The notes beneath the pieces are model-generated. The model was not told the DNA's origin. It worked only from the letters and a program-made list of their open reading frames with translations, and made no database searches. This document shows, one piece after another, positions 36,200-49,071 of a DNA stretch of 64,000 bases. Source of the stretch: Lama guanicoe (lineage: Eukaryota); contig MU053379.1 in assembly GCA_013239625.1 (NCBI GenBank), forward strand, positions 1,966,866 to 2,030,865, given 5' to 3'. The position numbers were made by a program, and so were the translations under genes. Within the stretch, counting starts at the first letter, position 1. Every line of letters starts with the position of its first letter.

Positions 36200-36350
36200 G
36201 CGCAGGCTGTGTGCCAGGTCCTGGGGCCTCGTTCCGTCCTTGTGGCACCCCCTCAGGAAGCTGCAGTGACCTTTATCCCCATTGTCCAGATGTGGAAGGT
36301 AAGGCTGACTCACCAGTCCAGGACCCCAAACTGCTTCTCAGAGAGCATGG
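36200..36350 (-). mobile_element. MIR fragment
   Basis: tgtgtgccagg...ttatccccattgtccagatgtggaaggtaaggct approximates the antisense MIR core. Confidence 0.6.
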
Positions 36351-37277
36351 TCCTTGAGAACATTCGGGAAGGGAAGGCAGTGGTGGCGAAGGAAGCTTAC
36401 TCCGAGCCGCCTGTTGGAGGGCAGCTACCGTGGGTGCTGGGAGCCTTTTAATTAAGTGCTGGGAAGCGCAGGAGAGCAAAAGCAAGCTGCTTCGACGGGA
36501 GAGCTAACATCTACAGAGTTTTTTAAGTGCAAAAGTCTGGAAGTCCAGGTCTCTCATTGGGTGTAGTGTAATTACTGAGTTTCCGTTTCCTAGCAATAAG
36601 GACAAGGATGTTAATTCTCGGTCCACGGTTTGCCTTTAGGCGGGTCTTGGACTTGGTCACTGGAAGAAGCCTGTTGCCAAGGGACATGTCCTCGGCGTGT
36701 TATTGGAGCACGTGTCTCAGAGAATTGCTCTGGGAAGGAGGGATTTACTCTCATTCTCTGCATTCAGGTGACTTGGATGAGCCCTTTGAGCAGCGAATGT
36801 CAGAAAGGGAGACTGCCCTTCATGTGACCTTGACTCGTCCTACCAGAATGTCTCCCTTGAGGAGCGGGGGTGGGGGGAGCTTGTGGGCTACAAACAAAGA
36901 GACCTCAGCTTTGCCACTAAGTGGCCGCTGGGCTTTGGACAGATCCTTGGAAGTCTCTGGATTTAGTGATTCTTCTGTACAGTCCTGTTGAGCTCTGTTA
37001 CCTGCACGTGGCAGGCGGCAGACACGTGAACGACGGGGCCTGTGTCAGAGGCCCGCACGGGAGTCCGCAGTGCCCAGGGTCTGCTGCCCACCTGCCTTCA
37101 GCTCACACCACCTTTGTCACTCAGTGGCTCGCCCAGGCCAGGCTGGCAGTTTACTGCAGGGCTCTGTTGTCCAGCATCTCCCCTGTGACTTGGATGAAGG
37201 CACTGAAAGCATGCGCACCCACCTTATGGAGCCCCGAAAGCTGGAAAGATGAGCTAAAAGTACCTTGTTGAATTATT

Positions 37278-37440
37278 TAAGGTAGCTCTAGCTGCTGACA
37301 TAGGAAAGGCCCTGAGTTTCAGTGGCTTAACACCAAAGAAGGTTAATTCTCACGCTCGCAAGGTCCGATGCAGTACTCAGCAGGCACCGTTCCATGCAGG
37401 GATTCAGGACCCAGGAGCCACCGCCTTCGGCTCCCCCTGC
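37278..37440 (-). mobile_element. MLT1-type (ERVL-MaLR) LTR fragment
   Basis: ctagctgctgaca...tcagtggcttaacac...ttctcacgctc...attcaggacccagg. Confidence 0.65.
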
Positions 37441-38478
37441 CCTAGCTGGTTCTGAGTCCTGGGTGGCGGGGGTGGTGGGAGCAGCAGCGGCCACGCCTCC
37501 TTCCACAGGGCAGGATCCAGGGTCACCACCAGTCCTGCCCGCGCCGGGTGGCTGGACCTGGGCCCCAGGCCCTCGGCCCCAGCCCAGAGCTGGCACAACG
37601 CCAGATGCGGTGCTCTGAGCTATTTTCGCATCACTGATGACAGCGTCAGTGCTGGTGCTGCCGTGTGCGGTGCTTCTTATGCACGAGTCACAGGTGCTCA
37701 CTTTGCATAATCTTTTAATGTCAGTAATAAGTGTAAAACAGCCTATAATCCACATTTCTCACTGTGAAAACAGCACCTCGGGTTTTAAAGAAGGTATGTG
37801 GCTGACCCTCAGTGCAAACCTGTCCTGTCTTGCTTCAGTGCCACGTGTCGCCGCCCGGGTGGCCCACGACTTCTCTGAGCCCTGAAATCACGGCATCAGA
37901 CAGGTGATTATCTGTCCTTTCTCCCCAGAGGAGGCCTGGCTTGGTTCCCCATGTCACCACTGTACCCTGGTGTTTGTGCCAGAGGCCCCCATGGTCCTGT
38001 TCGGGGTGTGAGAGGTGGGATGCAAACCTCCTTCGGGTCAGATTTGGGCCCCACATCTGATAACTTCTCATCCTGAAGCCTGTGTGCAGCGTGGATGACA
38101 TGTGAGCCAAGGTCACAAGACGGCATCCAGGATTCAGGGACATAAACCCTGCAGAGCAGGCTAGCAGGGTCCTGGCACCTGGTAAATGCTGTGTGGATCC
38201 GTGGTACTGGAGGGAGAGCAGAGGCCTGCAGCTCACTCCTCCTTTTCCCGTCTCAAATGTGGGGGAAGGAGGGGGGCCTCACATCCTGGGCAGGGACTGA
38301 CTGGGGGCAGTCCCTCGGCAGCCCCCGTGCACACAGCCCGGGACTGGGTACGTTCACATTCAGGGACCCTGCCCGTAGGTCTGGTTCAGAACCCCTGAAA
38401 CAGCCTAGGTGAGAACTTGTGTGGTTTGTTAGGGGAGCGAGGGCAGGAAACAGAAGTGAGGGGCGGGAGTGCCAGACG

Positions 38479-38554
38479 GGGCAGAGGACACACCACAGGT
38501 CAGGGCGGAGGACACACAGGTCAGGGCGGAGGACGCACAGGTCGTGGCAGAGGA
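38479..38554. repeat. Short minisatellite, about 21-bp unit x about 3.5
   Basis: Units of gggc(a/g)gaggac(a/g)cacaggtc(a/g). Confidence 0.9.
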
Positions 38555-39974
38555 GGTTTTGTGGAGAGGGGACTGGGTGGAACCTCCTGGAAGTCGCCTC
38601 TTGCAGAGATGGCTGTGGGGTGATTCCTCCACCAGCCCTGCCCCAGGGCTTCCCAGGCAGCCTCACTGGGCTTTGGGGGAGCCCTACGCAGAGCACTCAG
38701 AGCCACTGTTGGTGCCAGAGTGGGACTCTGCCTGGAGACACAGGCCCAAGGTACATTGGCCTCCCTGCCCCTGGAGGGACCCAGGACCACCAGGAAGACT
38801 GCCCAGGCGGTGGCCGGGGCTGCAGCCTTGCATGGGGACCAGGGGGAAAGCTGTGGCCTCCTCCAGGGGAAGGGAAGGTCTGGGCCAAGTGCCCAGCCCG
38901 GCGGGATCCCCAGGTCTGCACTCTTGCACTCAACTCTCCCGTCCTTCCCGTACTGTTGATTCTCCTCCTGACCTTGAGCTTGAACGTGCCACTGAGTCCT
39001 AAGTGCTTGGCAGAAGAGACATGCGTGAACTTCACGTTTGCAAACCTCAGTGCTTTCGGGAAAGAGGAGCCGTCTAGGTTACTGCTGCAGACTTTCTGGT
39101 GAACCCCTCCTTCCTAGCACTGTTCTGTGGCTCGGGGTCTAAACTCGGGCCCTTGGAGGGCGGCCGGGCAGGCAGAGCGTCCCAGATACTCTCGGGCTTG
39201 AAACTTTATTGGAACATTGAGTAGAAAATGAAGCATCTTTTTTTTTTTAAATAGTCTTTGCTTTCATTGATTCAGCATTTTAGGTTTTCTTGAGCATCCC
39301 CACTTTTCCCGAAGGAACGGAGCCCTGGGGTCCAGTCCTCAAGGCGCGTGCAGCCTGGGGAGGGGGCAGTGGGTGTGTGCCACTCTGGGAAGGAGTGACG
39401 CAGCGCGTCAGTCACGGGTGCCAGGTGAGAGCGCCGTGGCTCAGGAGAGCCGCGTCTGTGCTTGTCAGCCCTTCCTCGGGCTCCGAGAAGCTAGGTGAGG
39501 CGCCTTCAGACAATGGCGACTCGCTCCCAGCGCTTGTGTAGCGGCCAGCCGGCAACATCCAAACGCAGGACAGCTCAGTGCAGGGCGGGGCTCCCTCCAC
39601 ACCCTTTTCTTTCTGTCCCCTCCACCAAAGGGAGTCTCGTTCTGGTGCCGTCTCCAGCCTCGATAGGAGAGGTGTGATGCTAACGTGGGGAGGAGAAGGG
39701 GCAGACAGAGGGTGACGGTGGGTGTGGATGGAGGAAGCCCACCCTCCCTGCGGTGTCACCGGCCGTGGCCGGCATCCCATGGTTCTCATCTCGGCGGCAC
39801 CTGCCCGTCCCCCTCAGCGTATGCGAGTTCTTGAGGGGAGCGGCCGCTTTTCTTGGGACATCACTAGCCCTTGGAAGACTTCCATGCAGACTTGGGAAAG
39901 GTGCCCCTTAGGCTGGTCACAGCTCTGGGAGCGCCGGCTTAGTGAACAGAGGGCACTTAGGTTCAAATTTTTTT

Positions 39975-40130
39975 AGGTGCCCTTTGGAGGGTACTTCTGG
40001 GGTCCTGCTGGTGCTCTGCGCTCAACCTGGACGCTGAACACCTGGGTGGAAATTCATCAAACCTGCAACATGCGATTTAGGCACTTCCCTTGTCTGTATG
40101 TAATACTCCAGTGACATTTACCAAAAAACA
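39975..40130 (+). mobile_element. L1ME-type extreme 3' end
   Basis: cttctggggt...gaaattcatcaaacctg...tgtatgtaatactcca followed by an A-rich tail. Confidence 0.65.
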
Positions 40131-41289
40131 ATGAAAGGAATAAGAAACTATTTTAAAAATGACCCCTCCTCCAGCTTAGCTCGTCAGTGGCACCCTTTTG
40201 CCTCTTCAGCCAGGGGCCCTCGTGCACAGCACATCCTGCCCAGCTGTGCACGGCTGCCCCGACCTTCCTCGGCTCACGTCTCTGGGGGGCTTCCTGTAAC
40301 TGCACCTGACCCCCTCTGGTCCTCTTATCAGTGGGTGTCCGCTTGGTCAATTCATCAGTCCTGTTGAGTCACGCAGCCCTCTGAGCAGAGCCAGCTTTGT
40401 CCTCATCATTGCTGATGGTGGCTCGGCTATGTGGCGCAGTGGAGAGGTCACTTGTGCAAGCTCGAGAGTTGTGTCACTCGAGCTAGTCCCTGTCTCTGTA
40501 AGAGCAGATGGAAGCCCCCTGCGGTAGAGGCATTTTGAGTGATGGCTCAAGTGCACATCCCACCTGGTGATTCTCAAGGTCGTCAGGAGGTTACAGGTTC
40601 AGCTGTTGATAAATAACTTTCAACTGGCTTCTTAATGACTCCACGCCTTCCTGGTGCTTTTCCCTCTTCCCTCTTTCCTGCGCGTCTGTCTCCGGAGGGG
40701 ACCACTTGCCACTGGACTCTCAGATCTCAGGCTGTCAGAGGGAATGAAACTTTGTCTCTGTTTTCCTTTTCTCCCCAGTGTTGCTAGAATGGGGCTTCCA
40801 GCCCCAACAAGGGGGCAGAAGGAAAGATTTCCCAAGCGCCTCCTTCCCCATTCTTACTTGCTTTCCCTAACGTGCCTCCGCCTGTGCCCAAGTTATAAGA
40901 TGGAATTGTCTTGGTGGCTATTTTCGGGAGCCCAGACCATACCGCATCCCAGCACGAGGGCATAATTCAGCGAAGCCCAGCCTCCCTCCGAGGAGGCGTT
41001 GCGCGTGAGAGATAAGGCGCTCGGGCTTATCCCGCAAGTGCAGTAGCGCGATTTCCGACACAGACCAACGTTTGAGACGCCAAGCGGAAGAGATGCTGTG
41101 CTTTTTAAAGAACAGGGTTAGAATTTTCCAAGGGTGGGGTGACGATTTATCAAAGGTTCAGATCAAAACCTTCTCTTTGACCAGCGAGCTCACAGCAGTA
41201 TTTCCGTCCTAATTGTATGTTTTGTTGTCAGAACTCGTCAGTGGCAAAGTTTGAAAAACTGGAAAGCAGGTGGCCGCTCTGGAGCCTGA

Positions 41290-41339
41290 GTGTGTGTGTG
41301 CGTGTGTGCGTGTGTGCGTGTGTGTGTGTGTGTGTGTGT
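41290..41339. repeat. (TG)n/(TGCG) microsatellite, 50 bp of uninterrupted purine-pyrimidine alternation
   Basis: gtgtgtgtgtgcgtgtgtgcgtgtgtgcgtgtgtg... Confidence 0.95.
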
Positions 41340-41660
41340 CGGGGGTGGTGAGGCAGTGTGAGGATTATTAGGGAGGATGGGAGGGTGCTGGGAATGAGGG
41401 GATAGTCTGGGACGCTCACTGGGGAAGAGCAGGTACGCGGTTGGGAAATAACCAGAGGACAGCAGTTGCCCCGCTGCTGGGAGTGCTCGGCTCTGCCCCA
41501 GGGGCTGTGGGGGATGTGCTTGATCACAGGCCTGAGCCTGCCCTTTGGAGGGGAGAGGGCGTTGATGGACACAGGAGCATCCTGTCAACCATCAGAGCCC
41601 TTGGGGAGCCTGACCAAGGCCTGGAGGTCCTGGCTTCTGCTCTCAAATGAAAAGCTGCCG

Positions 41661-41736
41661 AGGATGCAGGGAGATGTGAGGAGTAGAGGGGGGAGAGTAG
41701 GATGCAGGGAGATGTGAGGAGTGGGTGGGGGAGAGT
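41661..41736. repeat. 38-bp tandem duplication
   Basis: aggatgcagggagatgtgaggagt...gagagt x2, with a few mismatches in the G-rich part. Confidence 0.9.
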
Positions 41737-43444
41737 TTACGCTGGAGGGGAGGCGCCTGGGGACCGAGGTGCGAGTGTTCACTTTCTGACTGAAGCACAT
41801 TCACGACGTCTGCTTCTGTGTCCCCAGTGTCCCTCTGCTGCCTTTGCTCGTGCCCAGCCCCTCCTTTCTTTCATGCAGGACCCTTGCCTGTGCTGCCCCC
41901 ACCACCACCCGGGAGCCTGCTGCCTCTCCCAGGCGCCCTGCAGACCAGCCCACTGATGGAACAGTCGGGGTGTCCAAAAATAAATGCCTGGAAGAGGGCT
42001 TTGGGGACCGAGAGTATTCCCAGGCTGCCCTGTCTGCCTTAAAAAAGGCAAAAAATATACTGGAAGGCTTCGCTTATCACGAGCATTTGTGCAGTCTCCA
42101 ACCCCATCGACAGAGCCGTTTTCCATTTTACAAGCTACCGTCTCCAAATTTTAGTGAATTACTCCTTGTAGAAATCTGGCCAGCTTGGCGACATTACCAT
42201 CTTAGAGTTAAGAAGTGTGCTCAGAGCCAGGGGTTTGGAGACAGGTCTGAAGTAATTAAATATTTACGGACCCACGGTTCCAGGAGAGGCTGGGCAGCTG
42301 GCCCTGCTCACTTCTTGACCATCTAAGGAGTTGACGGCCTCCAGGCCAGTGAGGGGGAGATGCACGGATGCTATGTGGTCCCCAGTCTACAAACCCCTGA
42401 CCCGTGATGGATTTAGCGTTCATTGCCAACATTTTGCGCTGGTCGTTCATTTCCTGTTTTGTGATAGGATTTCCGAGGGCAGTAATTCGGGGCTAGGAGG
42501 TAGACAGAAGGGATCTTGGTTTCAACATGAGCTTTGCAGAAGCTGTTATGATTCTGTCGCAGGCCAGATAACTGTGCGTGGATGGGGTACAGCTGGTATG
42601 TTAGCAGCTGGTTGACAAACTGCTTCAAAACTGATTAGTGACCTTGGGCGGGGGAGGGGGTCTTCTCTCATGGCCCCTTTGACCCCAGCAAGTTCAACAT
42701 CGTTACAGATGCTCGTGAATGAGCAAAGTCAAGCCGTAAAGAATTTCACCGAAGACATAAAAGGCGTACTTACCACATTTGCAAGAGACCCGCGGGTTGT
42801 CGTCATAACCACAAGCGTAAGGAAGAACCCGTGTTGGAGGCTGTCTCCACAGCCTGCAGAAATTTAATCAGGAGGAGTGCAAACTCCCACATCGACTGTG
42901 CTCCCCAAACCAGCTGCACAAGTGCAGGAGGGAGGACTCTGGCTGAGGAGCAGTTTCTGTAAAGGCTGGTACCTTCCCGTTGTGTTGGTGTTCGTGTGAT
43001 CTGCTTCAGCTGAGGCTGTGCATTATTGGGAAGAGAGCACGGGTGATAGTGTCACTCAGACCTCAGGCTCTTCTTCCTTCCCTCCCTGTCTCTTGCTGTG
43101 TGTCTCTTTTTAATCAGCAGGGCGGACTCTCAGCGCCCCCTTGAAGACTCCCTGCTCGTATCTCACGCCTATTCCTGAGCCAAGTATTTGCAAGTAGAAA
43201 GGAGCCGCCACTGTTGTTTACGGAACACCTGGTTGTGAGGAGAACTCGTCACTTGAGCAAAATCGGGATCTGGTGGGAAGGAGGGAGGGGGGAGTTGGAT
43301 GTTGTGCAGGCAGTGAAAATGTCCACTACTCTCTGATTTTTTAGTTCCTTTTTATTTTCCATAGAGCCCAGGACAGTGTTGGGTCATTGATGGGTTGATT
43401 CATTAACTGTCCAATTCTGTCTCCGATTCTTTGTCTCTCTCTTG

Positions 43445-43790
43445 TGGTGGCCTCCGGCTGTGTCCACGGGCTCAGCCTGGACATAGAACAAGCTGCAAAT
43501 GCCAGGGAATTGATGCCCCGGGAGCAGTCTTTGGCCAGTGGCGTACGGGAGGTGGGGGAGGGCTGCCAGCTCCCCCTCCTCTTTGTAGAACGTTCCAAGG
43601 TGACTCAGCCTCGTCTCTCACAGTGTCCTCGGTGGGATTGAGTCCCGGCTGCCCACTGAGGTCACAAGCGCACGTCTACACCCTGGACTGGCTTCCTTCC
43701 CTCCCCTGACTCTTACCACTGCTTCCTGGGACCATTCCCCAGATAAACTACTTACCTCCAGGGCAGCTTCTGGGGGAGCCCAGATGAAGT
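43445..43790 (+). mobile_element. LTR16A-like ERVL solo LTR
   Basis: gccagggaattgatgccccgggagcag...gggattgagtccc...ggcttccttccct...tgcttcctggga...ataaactactt...gcttctgggggagccca. Confidence 0.75.
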
Positions 43791-45549
43791 TGGAGGCTGA
43801 ATAATTCAAACCACTTGGTCAGGAGACTAAAATGGCAAGTGTCACCATCACGTAGAATCAGTCCCCAAAGTGACATTTATGATGCCCCTGCTGTATACAG
43901 GATCCCTCGCTGGGCGATGCACCCTCCCCCACGAAGCCTGTGCCCTGCTCTGCTTCCCCATTTCTGTCCATAAAGCTTTCCCTTCAGTTTGAAGGAAAGA
44001 CCTTTTAGGAAGAGATCTGGCTGGATGCCGCTGTCGGGGGCCCCACAGCTGGGCAGCCTTCAGAGGACAGCCTGTGGCAAGGGAGAGGTGTGTGTTCGTT
44101 TATCCTAGGAGCTCACAGACGTCCCATTCTTCAGATCCTGCCACCTTGTCCTGAGATGGCCAGCAAGCCAGTGACCGGGCTCTGCAGGCAGCCGTGGCTA
44201 AGAAGTGCTCTCAGCCCAGGAATCCCCAACCCCGGCCTGGGTGAGGCAGGCTGGCGGCGTCGAGGGGGCGGCTGTGGGCAGCGACTTCAGCTTTCAGGGG
44301 GCTGCCTCTGACCTGGGCACGTTGTGTCCACAGAGACAGAAGATGATGCTGCGACTTTGCGCCAAGCTCCCCTTCCAAAGTCTTGGAAGCTTAAATATTA
44401 GAGCCCGAGCTTTCTCTTGGGATTAATACGTGGGCAGGCGCCTGATGTGGGTCCTCCGTGAGTTGTCTGATGCTGTAAAAAGGAACACTGCAAAGGGCGT
44501 CCAGAGAAACGTCTGAACCCAAGAGGAAAATGAATAATGTAGCCATTACCGACCCGTGGCCTCGGATGTAAAGGGAGCCCTAGTGGCCATGGTCCCAGAC
44601 CCTCTTGGAGCCTCACATTTTACAACCAGACTCTCTAGTAGTGACGGTGGCGTGTCCGGAGGAGGCCAGGGCTCTGGGGCTGAATTTGCGGGGTGACCCA
44701 GGGCAGGTCAGTTTACCACCTTGGGCTTGAATTTTCGGGTGGAGGAATTAGACTAGGTCGTTCCCAAGCAATGTTTTTTTTTTCATGATACAAATTCAGA
44801 TTAAAATAAAAATTACTCATGGCCTACATTTTTCTTTTACTCAAAATGAAAATGCTTTATTCAACCCTACTGGAGAAAATGTGTGTTTAATTAGCTGATA
44901 TACTATACCTAATAGGAGAACGCCAGGGGAAAAGTCATCGCTGCTTTTTTACCCTCTGAGATGTTCGCGGCGGGGCAGCTTGAGGAGTGAGGAGGTGGGG
45001 GAGCTCTCCAGCGGTCTCCCCCAGACCGGCTCTCTGGGCTGTCTCGTGAAGCCGTGCAGACTTGTGCGTCCCGACAGCCACACAGCACTCATCACGGGAC
45101 CGAGCCTTTAACGCAGACTCCCTTCGAGGACAGACATTCCCTGGGCCTGTGGGTCCCATCTGGAGGAGGCTGAGGGAGTCAGCTGGGGGAGCAGGCAGCG
45201 CAGTCCCGGGAGAGGCCACGTGGCCTCCCCAGGAGTTAATTGCCTTCAGCCCATGGTAATCAGAAGTGGCAGCTCCAGCTCTAGGGCTCGGAGCGGGCAC
45301 AGGCTCAGGATTAGGAGCCCCCAGGCAAATCACAGAGCATCTGGGGGCAGCGGTGGACTGCATCCCCAGATTTGTTTTCCTCCAGAAAGTCCAGATTGTG
45401 CACACTCTGCAGTTACATAAGTGTCTTTTTATATGCAACTTCTGCACACCTGGGTTGGCAGGGCCAGGTGGGAGCTGGAGGGTTCATAGGTCTGGACGTG
45501 TTCTGGGTTCGTGTATCCCACATCCCATAAAAAGGGTGGCTTCCAGTCT

Positions 45550-45655
45550 GTCACGTGCACATGCACACATATGTACACAAACACACACGTGGGCACAGAC
45601 GTACACATGTACCAGCACATACACACACGTGCATGTCCCTATGTGTGTCTGTCTG
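45550..45655. repeat. Degenerate (CA)n/(TG)n tract
   Basis: cacgtgcacatgcacacatatgtacac... Confidence 0.75.
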
Positions 45656-45804
45656 TATCTGCCCATCCTGGATTTTACTTGAATAAAGTCAAAGGCAGGC
45701 TTCCTACCCAGACCTTTAAGAGGAGCTATGGAAGAATTATTAACCAGTTTTAGCCTTATACTTGGCATTAGTCCAGGCTATGTTTTTAAATTTCTACAGA
45801 CCTT

Positions 45805-46219
45805 TTTTTTCCCCTAAATTGTGGTAAAATACACCTAAAATGTCCCATATCAACCATTTTATGTGTACGTTCAGTACTTAAGTGTACTCACCATCACCCT
45901 CGTGTGCAACCATCACCACCATCCATCTCCAGAACTTTTCTCGTCTTGCAAAAATGAAACTGTCCCCATTAAACACTAACTCATCATCCCCCACTCCCTC
46001 CAGCCCCTGGCAACCAGCATTCTACTTTCTGTCTATGAATTCGATGACTCGTAAGTATCTCATGTAAGAGGAATCATACTATATTTATCCTTTTGTGACT
46101 GGCTTATTTCACTCCGTGTAATGTCCTCAAGTTTTCTCCATGTTATAGGAGTTCACGTTTCCTTCCTTTTTAAGGCTGAGTAATATTTCACTGTATGGAA
46201 CACCACATTTTGTTTATCC
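45805..46219 (-). mobile_element. L1MB-type 3' end
   Basis: attgtggtaaaatacac...tgtgcaaccatcaccaccatccatctccagaacttt...cagcccctggcaacc...tttgtgactggcttatttcact. Confidence 0.88.
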
Positions 46220-47271
46220 CAGGCTGCATTTCTCACAGCTGATCGGGCAGTCTCTGTTTTTATTCATATATATCCTGTGGTCATCCATTTTTGCAGTAAG
46301 AATTATATTTAATTCTATGGGGACAGTGGGAAAAAATTGGTGAGTTTTTACCATATGAGTTTTGTCAAGTCACTTACTTTGATGGACTTAAGAATTGTTA
46401 CCTGTAGCCACTTGGGAACTTGGGACTGGTTAACTCACTTGCCTTGGCTCATTAGAGTGGTTAAAATAATAGTGTTATAATCAGACTCACTCAGAACTCA
46501 CTTCTCTCCAGGGTGAGCCTGGGGGTCATTGGAGGGTCCTGAGATTTCAGAGGACTTGGGTCCCAGCACCTGCCTGCAGGATACAACCATGGTGGGTGGT
46601 GACCCGTCTTTCTTGGCTTGAGTTGAGATGCTCTTAATGGAAAGTATATACGTTGAGCATGACCCTGAGCATCCCAGCCAGTCTCATTTCAGTCACCCGC
46701 ACCTTTTCCCAGTCAGCACGTCCTCTAAAATCACCCCATCCAAGGCCATCAGATAAAACAGCTGTGTAAGCGTGGATTTCTTGCAGGACCTCCTCGTATT
46801 AGTAACCTGCTCATTGTCCTCTTTCACATCTTTAGGTTGTGGAAGGCGTGGGAACTGACTTGTGCCCGACACATGGTTCTTTTATGTTCCGGGTGCCTTT
46901 GAGGCGCCGTGTAAATGTGTATTGATTTTTACTGCCCAGGCTGCAGTGACGTGATGCAACGTTAAATAGACTCTCAGTGCTGGGTCGGACCTCAGAGGGT
47001 GGTTGCTCTTCCTTCCAAACGCAACGTGTGAGCTTGGTTAAATATTTTAAAAGTGGCCAATAGCTATTTACTTTAATATAATCATTGCAGAATCTTTCTG
47101 GAAGCTGAAGGTAGGTTTGTGATCCTCAGGTGGCTGAGAGGGACTCGGGAACCCCTTGCAGTACCCGCCTCCCTGACATCAGTCCCTCGCCCGCCCCCCA
47201 CGGCCCAGCACCAGCAAGGCTGAGAGATGGCAGGTGCCCACAACTTCTGTGATTCCTCAGCCCTGCCATCT

Positions 47272-47430
47272 CTCAGATTCCAGTTCTGTGCCTACGAATA
47301 ATCACCCGGCATCTTGTGAATATGCAGATTATGACTCGGCAAGTCTGGGGTGGAACCGAGGGTCTGCATTTCTGACAGCTCCTGGGTGACACTGCTGCTG
47401 CTGGTCTGTGGACCACTCTGTACCACGAGG
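47272..47430. mobile_element. MER5-like hAT-Charlie MITE
   Basis: aatcacc...atgcagatt...gtctggggtgg...tctgcatttctgacagctcc...gctgctggtctgtggaccact. Confidence 0.75.
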
Positions 47431-48064
47431 CACCTGGGGACCTCGGGGGTGTGACAGGAGCAGAGCCAGGGCTGCAGTCAGGTGCGAGGCCCTGGGACAC
47501 AGCAGGTAAGGAGGCTGCAAAGCCTCCTATGCAGGCCTTCCCTCCTTCCTTTACCCGCCTTCTCTCTCCGCTTTGCAAGTCTGTAACCCTCCAGCAAAAT
47601 TAAATTACCAAAAAGGAAAGACAAGGGGGACATGTGGTTAGCGCATCCTGCAGGTGCGTTTTCTGGGATGGTCCCAGTGCAGCGCGTGGAGGGGTATAAA
47701 CTTCCTAGTGGAGTCTGGTGCCAGAGAGGACCGGACTTGGGTTGTTGGAAAGCTGAAAGTTCATTTCTCAGCCTGTAGAGGGACTGAAGAGCCTCTTCTC
47801 ACACCACACCTGGAAGAGGACAAGGTGAGGCTGGTGGACTTCCTCACCTGGAGGGTGCCCTGAGCACCCCGGCTTCTCCACGTGCTGGTTCTCTGCCCCC
47901 CTGTGTTTGCTCCTCCAGGAAGGAGCTTGCGATGCCAAGTTCACTCCATGTTCTCAAGATGATTTGGGGTAAGTCCCTAGTCCTCCGCCTCAAGTTTGGA
48001 TTCTGCCCCAAGAAAGATTTAGCTCTTATTTCCTCCACCAGAAGAAAGATGGAAAAAAAGCAAA

Positions 48065-48200
48065 AGACATATATATACGCTTACATATAAATGCATATAC
48101 ACACATGTATGTGTAGATATATAACGTGTGTACATACACACATATAGCACAGACACACACATTTATTGCGTATGTTGCATCTATGTAATATGCACACATT
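48065..48200. repeat. (TA)/(CA)-rich simple repeat
   Basis: acatatatatac...atatacacacatgtatgtgt... Confidence 0.75.
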
Positions 48201-48412
48201 GAGCACTTTTTTTTGCCAGATGCTTAGCTAATTACTTTACTGACACCATTTCATTTATTCCTATCAACGGCCTTAAGAGGAAAATACCGATGCTCTTCTC
48301 CACTCACCCCCAGGAGGTGAAGTTCAGCATTGAAGGTTTAACAGATAGTAAGTGGCTGATCAAGGATTTGGATCTGGGCGCTCTGACTCAGTGCCTGGGT
48401 TCTTAACCGCTA
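48200..48412 (-). mobile_element. MIR
   Basis: tgagcactt...tgccag...atttcatttattcct...agtaagtggc...ggatttg...tctgactc...tcttaacc. Confidence 0.7.
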
Positions 48413-48429
48413 AGCCAGCAGCTCTCGTC

Positions 48430-48730
48430 TGTCTGAGTGTGGGTTTCCCCAGAAGCAGACCTGGAGCACTCGCACAGTTTACTTGGGAGGTGGCTCCGGG
48501 AATCACTGGCAGATGAGTGGAGAAGTGATCCAGGGAAGGAGGGCAGCCAATGCAGTTTGCTTTACCGAGACAGATGCCTCTCTGGACACTGAAGCCCATT
48601 CCCCCTGGGCAGGGAGCTCCGGGAGACAGAGCAGCAGGTACCTCAGCGTTATTCCACCTGAGGGGTGAGGGAGCTGGGGTCTTTGTCCACCACCTCCTGT
48701 CAGTCACCGAGTGATGTTAATTCCCTGGGT
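48430..48730 (-). mobile_element. LTR16A-like ERVL solo LTR
   Basis: gggtttccccagaagcagacc...agtttacttgggaggtg...cagggaagg...gcagccaat...gaggggtgagggagctgggg...ttaattccctgg; reverse-complement homolog of 43445-43790. Confidence 0.75.
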
Positions 48731-49071
48731 CCCAAGGTGAGCCTGAGCCTCCAGGGACAGGTGTCCCCCAGAGCACTCACCTGGCTCCCGGGGCTTCCCA
48801 GAGTGCGGGTGGTTTGCTCTTGCTCGTTCCAGGGGCCTGGTTGGGGCGGGGGTGCATTCCAGCCTGGTTCTTATGGCCTCAGCCCCAGCTCTAACGTTAC
48901 CACACACCCGATGCTACCTCTCACTTTGGGCCCCTCACCAAGGAGGTACTTGACGTTGATGTATGGCCATGATCTTCCTCCTTGTAGACACCCCCTCCCA
49001 CACCAATCACACACTGCAGGGCTGTGTCTTTGGCCACATGGCCCCTGCCACAGCCCACCACTTCTGCAGCC

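Noticed and set aside
36275..36305. 9-nt microexon cag|ATGTGGAAG|gtaagg
   Set aside because: It lies in a MIR core with a poor pyrimidine tract. Exonisation is possible but unsupported.
38479..38554. CRISPR-like array
   Set aside because: Head-to-tail units without unique spacers, in eukaryotic DNA with no cas genes.
38419..39102. Longest ORF (227 aa) and overlapping ORFs
   Set aside because: Non-ATG start, runs through a 21-bp minisatellite, G/P/R-rich composition, and long ORFs in several frames on both strands. This is typical of stop-poor GC-rich DNA.
43445..48730. Provirus bounded by two LTR16A-like LTRs
   Set aside because: The LTRs are in opposite orientation with no gag/pol between them, so they are independent solo LTRs.
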